A stretch of 64,000 nt of DNA from an uncultured virus (IMG/VR IMGVR_UViG_3300008448_009590). Taxonomy: Duplodnaviria; Heunggongvirae; Uroviricota; Caudoviricetes. The position numbers and the translations under genes are program-made. This document shows positions 59,201-64,000 of the stretch, in pieces (positions within the stretch are counted from its first letter, which is position 1; the number at the start of each line of letters is the position of its first letter). The notes beneath the pieces are model-generated. The model was not told where the DNA came from. It saw nothing but the letters and a program-made list of their open reading frames with translations, and ran no database searches. Location of the stretch: the IMG/VR virus record IMGVR_UViG_3300008448_009590; one strand, given 5' to 3'.

Positions 59201-62200
59201 ACACTCCTAATAGTGAGAATTTAACTTTAATAAGCATTTCCGGATTAGTTCAGTCTAAAAACAATTATTCGTTAACGGGTAATGTAATAACATTTAGTAC
59301 AGCACCTCCATTAAATTCCAAAATTGAAATTAATACTTTCTCTGGCGGCGGCGCAGGATTAAGTTTTGATGCTGCTAATTCAGCTGGTTTATATGCTAAT
59401 GCAGCTTTTGCTTTAGCTAACACAGTTTCAAGTGGCTCAGTTGATAATTATGCTAGACCTAATTCTAATGCTGCATTTGAAGCAGCTAATAGTGGATCAA
59501 GTTATGCTAACTCAGCTTATGGTCAAGCTAATACAGCTACTACAAATGCTGCAACTGCTGATGGTAAAGCTGTAACAGCTGGCAGTTATGCTAATAGTGC
59601 TTATGGTCAAGCTAATACAGCTACTACAAATGCTGCTACTGCTGACAGTAAAGCAGTAACAGCTGGCGATTATGCTAATTCGGCATTTGGTGTAGCAAAT
59701 ACAAAATATTCTTCTTCTGGTGGCACTGTTTCTGGCGATGTAATCATTACTGGTAACTTAACCGTAAGTGGAACTAGAACGATAGTAGATACAGAAATTG
59801 TAACTATAGCTGATAATTTAATTGATCTTAACAGTAATTTTACAACAGGAACACCCACTGAAAATGGTGGCATAAGAGTAATTCGTGGAGATGAAGTACC
59901 TGTACAATTAAGATGGAATGAAAGTGCAAAATATTGGCAGTTCAGTAATGATGGTGCCTCTTTTATTAATATTTCTTCACAGTCAGCAGAAAGTTATTCT
60001 AATGCTGCATTTAGTGTTGCCAACTCATCATCCAGTTATGCTAACTCAGCATTTGCTGCTGCTAACAATGCTACAGACACATGGGTAAGAAATGCTGCTA
60101 ATGCAGCTTCCAGTTATGCCAATTCAGCATTTGGTACTGCAAATAGCGCAACTACTAATGCTGCAACTGCTGATGGTAAAGCTGTAACAGCTGGCAGTTA
60201 TGCTAACTCAGCATTTGGTGCTGCCAATACGTCAGATTCAAAAGCTTTAAGTGCAGGACTTTATGCTAATGCTGCCTTTGATTTAGCTAACACAATTTCT
60301 AGTGGTTCAGTTGATAACTACGCTAGACCTCATGCTAATGCTGCATATAATACTGCTAACAGTGCTTCCAGTTATGCTAATTCTGCATTTGATACTGCTA
60401 ATACAGTAGATAGTAAAGTAGTAACATCTGGCAGTTATGCTAATGGAGCTTATACTCAAGCAAATACCGCAACTACAAATGCTGCAACTGCTGATGGTAA
60501 AGCTGTAACAGCAGGATCTTATGCTAACTCAGCTTATACTCAAGCTAATACCGCAACTACTAATGCTGCAACTGCTGATGGTAAAGCAGTAACAGCTGGC
60601 AGTTATGCTAATGCTGCATTTGCTTTAGCTAATACAATCTCAAGTGGATCAATTGATAGCTATGCCAGACCTCATGCTAATGCTGCTTTTGAGGTAGCTA
60701 ATAGTGCTTCTGGTTATGCTAATGCTGCATTTGCTTTAGCTAACACAATTTCAAGTGGCTCAGTTGACAATTATGCTAGACCTCATGCTAATGCAGCTTT
60801 TGAGGTAGCTAATAGTGCTTCCAGTTATGCTAATGCAGCATTTGATACTGCTAATACGGCAGATAGTAAATCAGTAACATCTGGTAACTATGCTAATGGA
60901 GCTTATACTCAAGCAAATACAGCCACAACTAATGCTGCAACTGCCGATTCTAAAGCAGTAACATCTGGATCGTATGCTAATAGTGCTTTTGGTACTGCTA
61001 ATACAGCCACAACTAATGCTGCAACTGCTGATGGTAAAGCAGTATCAGCTGGCAGTTATGCTAACTCAGCATTTGGTACTGCTAATACAGCCACAACTAA
61101 TGCTGCAACTGCTGATGGTAAAGCAGTATCAGCTGGCAGTTATGCTAACTCAGCATTTGGTACTGCTAATACATCGGACAGTAAAGCAGTAACATCTGGA
61201 TCGTATGCTAATAGTGCTTTTGGTACTGCTAATACAGCCACAACTAATGCTGCAACTGCCGATTCTAAAGCTGTAACAGCTGGCAGTTATGCTAACTCAG
61301 CATTTGGTACTGCTAACAATAAATTAAATTCTTCTGGTGGTACAATTTCTGGTGATTTAACTGTTAATGGAAATATTAGTGTAACAGGTTGTACAACGAC
61401 ATTAACAGTCAATACATTAAGAACTTCAGATCATATTATCGATTTAGGATTTGGCACTGTAGGAGTTCCTACACAAAATGCAGGTATAAGAATACTTCGT
61501 GGTGATGAAAATCCTGTGCAATTGAGATGGGTTGAAGATGACAATTCATGGGAATTTACCAACGATGGTGCAAATTATTTAAAAATAGGTGCTCAATCTG
61601 GTGAAATTTATGCTAATTTAGCATTTACTGCTGCTAATACACCAAGTCATGTAGCTAATTCTGCATCAAGTTATGCTAATGCATCTTTCATACATGCTAA
61701 TGCAGCTTTTGCTGTTGCTAACTCCGGTGGAGGTGCTGGTACAGACTCTTACGCAAGAGACACCGCAAACTCAGCTAGTGTGTATGCTAATGCAGCCTTT
61801 GCTGCAGCAAATACAGGAGGTGGTGGAGGCGGAGGTACAGGTCAATATGCATCTACGATGAAAGTGGACTCATTCACTGGAACTGGTGCCTGTACACAAT
61901 TTACACTGACACAAGAACCAAGTGGTGAAGATTATACAATTGTTTCTTTGAACGGTATTTTACAACACAAGTCAGCATACTCTTTATCGGGTTCTATTGT
62001 AACATTCTCTGAAGCTCCAGAAAATAATATTGCTATTGATATTGTTTCGTTAGTAAATAAAGTTGCTGGCGGCTCTTCGGAAATTGTTGTTGATAACTTT
62101 ACTGGCACGGGTGCATGTACACAATTTACATTAACTACCACACCGGCAAATGAGAATTTTGTTACCGCAGTGTTTGATGGTGTAACGCAATCCAGATTAA

Positions 62201-62601
62201 CATACTCTGTAAGTGGTACAACAATTACCTTCGATGAAGCACCACCCAATACTGCAAATATTGAAATTACCACTATTAAGAATATCTTTGGTACGTTCAT
62301 AAATAGAAATTACCTTGGAGATGGTTCAAATACAAACTTTACTGTTACGAGTGGCGTTTCAGCAAATAGTGTTCTTGTGTTCCAAAATGGTATCGCACAA
62401 AGACCTATTACTGATTATACTGTAAGTGGAAGCACACTATCATTCTCAACGGCACCAACGAATGGTGAAATTGTACAAGTGCGAGAACTTGTAGGTGATC
62501 CTGGTGGTTCAACAGTTCTTGCACAAGCGGCTTTTGATAAAGCAAATACGGCAGCAACAACAGGTAAATCTATTGCAATGGCGATAGTATTCGGAGGATA
62601 A
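53215..62601 (+). CDS. Giant tail fibre-like protein with Ala/Asn heptad repeats (3128 aa)
   Basis: YIGNQ N-terminus, dozens of AGSYANSAFG.ANTADSKAV units, repeated beta modules, five G.G..T.F.L..FSEAP-type modules, C-terminal IAMAIVFGG. Confidence 0.8.
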   Translation: MTYSYIGNQSTSNQLNKVKTEANSAFSAANSSGSYANSAFSAANTADSKAVTSGLYANSAYALANTVSSGAIDNYARPHANAAFEVANSSSSYSNSAFLAANTSDSKAVTAGSYANSAYGQANTATTNAATADTKAVDAGNYANSAFGIANTANVNSISAGSYANSAYTQANTATTNAATADGKAVTAGSYANSSFSAANTADGKAVTSGSYANSAFATANTVDDKVSTSGSYANSAFGAANTADTKAVNAGSYANAAFGQANTATTNAATADSKAVSAGNYANAAFDVANTADGKAVTAGSYANSAYVQANTATTNAATADSKAVSAGEYANSSFGAANTADSKAVTAGNYANSAFGSANTADAKAVTSGLYANAAYALANTISSGAIDNYARPHANAAFEVANSASSYANNAFASANTADSKAVTSGSYANSAFSAANNKYSSSGGTITGDVVVTGNLTVSGTQTIINTETLNLADNLIDLNSNFTSGAPTENAGIRIIRGDELPVQLRWNETVDQWQFTVDGSNYNNIASQSVESYANSAFGTANTVDSKAVTAGSYANSAFGTANTATANAATADGKAVTAGSYANSAFAAANTVLSGSVDNYARPHANAAFEVANSSSVYANSAYGQANTATTNAATADSKAISAGSYANSAFSSSNTATTNAATADSKAVSAGEYANSAYGQANTAITNAATADSKAVSASDYANGAFNTANSGSSYANSAFLTSNTADSKAVTSGNYANAAFALANTVSSGSVDNYARPHANAAFEVANSASSYANGAFASANTADSKAVSAGNYANSAYTQANTATTNAATADGKATSAGSYANSAYTQANTATTNAATADDKATSAGSYANSAFSSSNTKFSSSGGTITGDIVVTGNLTVSGTRTIVDTEIVTIADNLIDLNSNFVTGTPTENGGIRVIRGDEVPVQLRWNESAKYWQFSNDGVSYSNVASQISEQYANSAFATANSADSKITTVGNYANSAFGAANTSDSKAVTAGSYANSAYGQANTATTNAATADTKAVTAGSYANAAFALANTVSSGSVDNYARPHANAAFNTANSGSSYANSAFGAANTADSKAVTSGNYANSAYGQANTATTNAATADGKAVTAGLYANGAYSAANTADDKAITSGSYANSAYGQANTATTNAATADSKAVTAGDYANSSFSAANTADGKAVTAGNYANSAYGQANTANTNAATADGKAVTAGSYANSAFAAANNAVDTWVRDAANSASSYANSAFGAANTSDSKAVTAGSYANSSFTKANSAYDLASAVAANGNFILSVKNDTFVGTGSCTTFQLSTTPANEDYTLITIEGVTQLKSSYSLSAANVIFSEAPKLSDNIDVLVFSSDVNPSFGAANSAGLYANAAFALANAVSSGSVDAYARPHANAAFDVANSASGYANSAFGAANTATTNAATADSKAVTAGSYANSAFNTANNNVSNTGGTISGDLSITGNLTVFGNATSIAVSSIKIDDSLIQLAANNESDAIDIGFFGHYSTDAGVTQKHTGLFRDATDGRYYLFYNYEDASFDTLTPNNVIDVANSTFRVANLTANIVTDVISIRGYDPINYTNSAFNAANTADSKAVSAGSYSNAAFEAANSSSGYANSAYGQANTATTNAATADGKAVTAGIYANAAFALANTISSGSVDNYARPHANAAFEVANSASSYANGAFGVANTADSKAVSAGLYANAAFGTANSASSYANSAFGTANTADANAGTADSKAVTAGNYANSAFSVANTSDSKAVTAGSYANAAFALANTVSSGSVDNYARPHANAAFEVANSASGYANSAYGQANTSDSKATSAGSYANSAYGQANTATTNAATADQKAVTSGSYANSAFDTANTATTNASNANSNALIAGSYANSAFAAANNATDTWVRNAANAASSYANSAFGTANTSDSKSQSASLYANAAFALANTLSSGNVDQYARDLSNAASLHSNTAFNFANTLIGTGTSIVGYVDEFLGDGACTEFTLINTPNSENLTLISISGLVQSKNNYSLTGNVITFSTAPPLNSKIEINTFSGGGAGLSFDAANSAGLYANAAFALANTVSSGSVDNYARPNSNAAFEAANSGSSYANSAYGQANTATTNAATADGKAVTAGSYANSAYGQANTATTNAATADSKAVTAGDYANSAFGVANTKYSSSGGTVSGDVIITGNLTVSGTRTIVDTEIVTIADNLIDLNSNFTTGTPTENGGIRVIRGDEVPVQLRWNESAKYWQFSNDGASFINISSQSAESYSNAAFSVANSSSSYANSAFAAANNATDTWVRNAANAASSYANSAFGTANSATTNAATADGKAVTAGSYANSAFGAANTSDSKALSAGLYANAAFDLANTISSGSVDNYARPHANAAYNTANSASSYANSAFDTANTVDSKVVTSGSYANGAYTQANTATTNAATADGKAVTAGSYANSAYTQANTATTNAATADGKAVTAGSYANAAFALANTISSGSIDSYARPHANAAFEVANSASGYANAAFALANTISSGSVDNYARPHANAAFEVANSASSYANAAFDTANTADSKSVTSGNYANGAYTQANTATTNAATADSKAVTSGSYANSAFGTANTATTNAATADGKAVSAGSYANSAFGTANTATTNAATADGKAVSAGSYANSAFGTANTSDSKAVTSGSYANSAFGTANTATTNAATADSKAVTAGSYANSAFGTANNKLNSSGGTISGDLTVNGNISVTGCTTTLTVNTLRTSDHIIDLGFGTVGVPTQNAGIRILRGDENPVQLRWVEDDNSWEFTNDGANYLKIGAQSGEIYANLAFTAANTPSHVANSASSYANASFIHANAAFAVANSGGGAGTDSYARDTANSASVYANAAFAAANTGGGGGGGTGQYASTMKVDSFTGTGACTQFTLTQEPSGEDYTIVSLNGILQHKSAYSLSGSIVTFSEAPENNIAIDIVSLVNKVAGGSSEIVVDNFTGTGACTQFTLTTTPANENFVTAVFDGVTQSRLTYSVSGTTITFDEAPPNTANIEITTIKNIFGTFINRNYLGDGSNTNFTVTSGVSANSVLVFQNGIAQRPITDYTVSGSTLSFSTAPTNGEIVQVRELVGDPGGSTVLAQAAFDKANTAATTGKSIAMAIVFGG
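60988..61172 (+). repeat. Perfect 84-bp tandem repeat (about 2.2 copies)
   Basis: tttggtactgctaatac recurs at 60988, 61072 and 61156 with identical intervening sequence. Confidence 0.85.
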
Positions 62602-62605
62602 TTAA

Positions 62606-62971
62606 ATGGCAGCACCAAATATAGTTAATGTAAGTCAAATAACAGCGAATACAAATTTAGCAAATGTTACCACAGTTGTATCAAACGTGGTGACGAATTC
62701 TGCAAGTAGTGGTAAAGTATATAAAGTAAATAACATACAACTTGCAAATTATAGTGCTGCAACAGTTACAGCCAACGTAATTTTTAATAGAAATTCTGCT
62801 TCACCAACATCTTATTATATTGCTGGATCTATTTCAATACCTGCTACTTCTACTTTAGTTGTTGTAGCAAAAGATACTTCATTTTATATGGAAGAAAGTG
62901 ATGTTTTACAATTGTCCTGCTCAGCAAATTCATCTGTTCATGGTGTAGTCTCTTATGAGGTTATAAGTTAA
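62606..62971 (+). CDS. Small beta-rich virion protein, similar to 52890-53213
   Basis: MAAPNIVNV..KVYKVNNIQLAN..ISIPATSTLVV..FYMEESD.L..VSYEVIS. Confidence 0.65.
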   Translation: MAAPNIVNVSQITANTNLANVTTVVSNVVTNSASSGKVYKVNNIQLANYSAATVTANVIFNRNSASPTSYYIAGSISIPATSTLVVVAKDTSFYMEESDVLQLSCSANSSVHGVVSYEVIS

Positions 62972-63906
62972 TGCCTAGAGTTAGGTCAAATTTTGGAATT
63001 ATTGGTAATGAAAAAACTATCAACTCAGGTAGTACAGGTATTTTATCTAGTAGTATCGAATCACAGTACTTAAAGAGTTCTGGTAAATGGCCAGGATTAA
63101 CAACAACAGTTAATTTCTTAGTCGTTGCTGGTGGTGGCGGAGGATCAGAAGATAATACAGGTGGAGGTGGAGGAGGAGCAGGAGGATATAGAACTGATAC
63201 TACAGAACTCGGAACCGGAACATATACAATTACTATTGGTGCTGGCGGTAGTGGAGGAAGCACGGATGGTGCTAGAGGAGCCAATGGATCAGTTTCTCAA
63301 ATAACAAATGGAACATACACAATGACTTCTACTGGAGGTGGCGGTGGAGGTTCACAAACACTTAATGGTTTTCCTGGTGGGTCTGGAGGTGGAGCATCTA
63401 GAGCATTACTTGGTGCTGCCGGCAATTTAGGAGGATACACTCCACCCGAAGGACAAAGAGGTGGTAGAGGTATAGATGGTACTCCATACGCCGGCGGCGG
63501 TGGCGGTGGTGCTGGTGTTGCTGGCGCTAATGCCTCTGTAACTGGTGGAGGTTCTGGAGGCACAGGAAATACTTGGCTTAATGGAGTAGTTTATGCAGGA
63601 GGCGGCGGAGGAGGTTCCCGTGTAGCTGGAACAGCAGGAGCGGGCGGAAGTGGCGGCGGCGGCAACGGATCAAACACACATACTGCGCCGGGAGCTTCTG
63701 GAACAGCAAACAGAGGAGGTGGTGGTGGAGGAGGAGGTTATAACAGCGGTACGAGTGATGGTGGTGCCGGCGGATCAGGTGTTGTTATATTAAGATTTCC
63801 AACCGCTTCTGCAAACGCTACTTCTACTGGAGGATCACCAACATATACTGAAAGTGATGGATATAGATATTTTACTTTCACAGCTTCAGGTTCAATTACA
63901 TTCTAA
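62971..63906 (+). CDS. Glycine-rich virion protein (putative fibre tip)
   Basis: FLVVAGGGGG, YTITIGAGG, YAGGGGG, GGSGVVILRF, YRYFTFTASGSITF. Confidence 0.72.
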   Translation: MPRVRSNFGIIGNEKTINSGSTGILSSSIESQYLKSSGKWPGLTTTVNFLVVAGGGGGSEDNTGGGGGGAGGYRTDTTELGTGTYTITIGAGGSGGSTDGARGANGSVSQITNGTYTMTSTGGGGGGSQTLNGFPGGSGGGASRALLGAAGNLGGYTPPEGQRGGRGIDGTPYAGGGGGGAGVAGANASVTGGGSGGTGNTWLNGVVYAGGGGGGSRVAGTAGAGGSGGGGNGSNTHTAPGASGTANRGGGGGGGGYNSGTSDGGAGGSGVVILRFPTASANATSTGGSPTYTESDGYRYFTFTASGSITF

Positions 63907-63923
63907 CATTCGTTAAAACCTTA

Positions 63924-63963
63924 GATGGCATAAATACTCTGTAAAAGGAGAATTTATGGCATC
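63924..63963 (+). promoter_or_regulatory. Late promoter-like CATAAATA within a hairpin covering the gp13 SD and start codon
   Basis: 63924-63940 pairs with 63947-63963 at 15 of 17 positions (one G-U); CATAAATA at 63929-63936. Confidence 0.62.
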
Positions 63964-64000
63964 CCCATCAACTAGAGCACAATTCAAAGATTACTGTTTA
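63956..64000 (+). CDS. gp13: Neck protein gp13, N-terminus (truncated by the window edge)
   Basis: SD AGGAG; MASPSTRAQFKDYCL resembles the gp13 N-terminus; only 15 codons are visible. Confidence 0.7.
   Translation, partial: MASPSTRAQFKDYCL

Noticed and set aside
53215..62601. Possible CRISPR array or non-coding repeat array
   Set aside because: Repeats are in-frame, degenerate at third positions and have no constant repeat with unique spacers; they are protein repeats.
460..63563. Short antisense and alternate-frame ORFs in the track (e.g. 579-881, 20883-21341, 29151-29342, 55607-55876, 61932-62300)
   Set aside because: They lie within well-supported genes, lack motifs and are shadows of biased or repetitive codon usage.
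47596..63906. Diversity-generating retroelement or invertase acting on the fibre genes
   Set aside because: No reverse transcriptase or recombinase was seen in the window, and duplicate modules do not show adenine-specific differences by eye.
1..64000. tRNA genes, introns, inteins or stop-codon reassignment
   Set aside because: Intergenic gaps are under about 70 bp, genes tile cleanly in the standard code, and no intein or homing-endonuclease motif was noticed.

Overview
This window is 64 kb of an AT-rich, T4-like (myovirus) phage genome, almost all on the + strand. Positions 1-23.5 kb hold the late structural block: gp4 (partial, minus strand), gp48, gp53, a hub protein, a gp5 spike split into two genes, gp25, gp6, gp7-like, gp8, a 2079-aa virion protein and a tail fibre. 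Positions 47-64 kb hold two giant Ala/Asn-repeat fibre genes with small linker genes, a Gly-rich protein and the start of neck gp13. Between the two fibre regions (23.5-47.0 kb) lies a tightly packed biosynthetic island of about 30 genes. It encodes eight radical SAM enzymes, two U32-like Fe-S proteins, two flavin-dependent halogenase homologues, a 2OG-Fe(II) oxygenase, glycosyltransferases, nucleotide-sugar enzymes, a split transketolase, two deacetylases and an ErpA/IscA Fe-S carrier. Inside it is a 202-aa protein ending in four CTCNCNY repeats, the best candidate substrate. The main hypothesis is a phage-encoded, RiPP-like system that post-translationally modifies a virion protein. Two RNA hairpins overlapping late-promoter motifs and start codons are also visible. 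All family calls come from motif recognition by eye; no database search was run.
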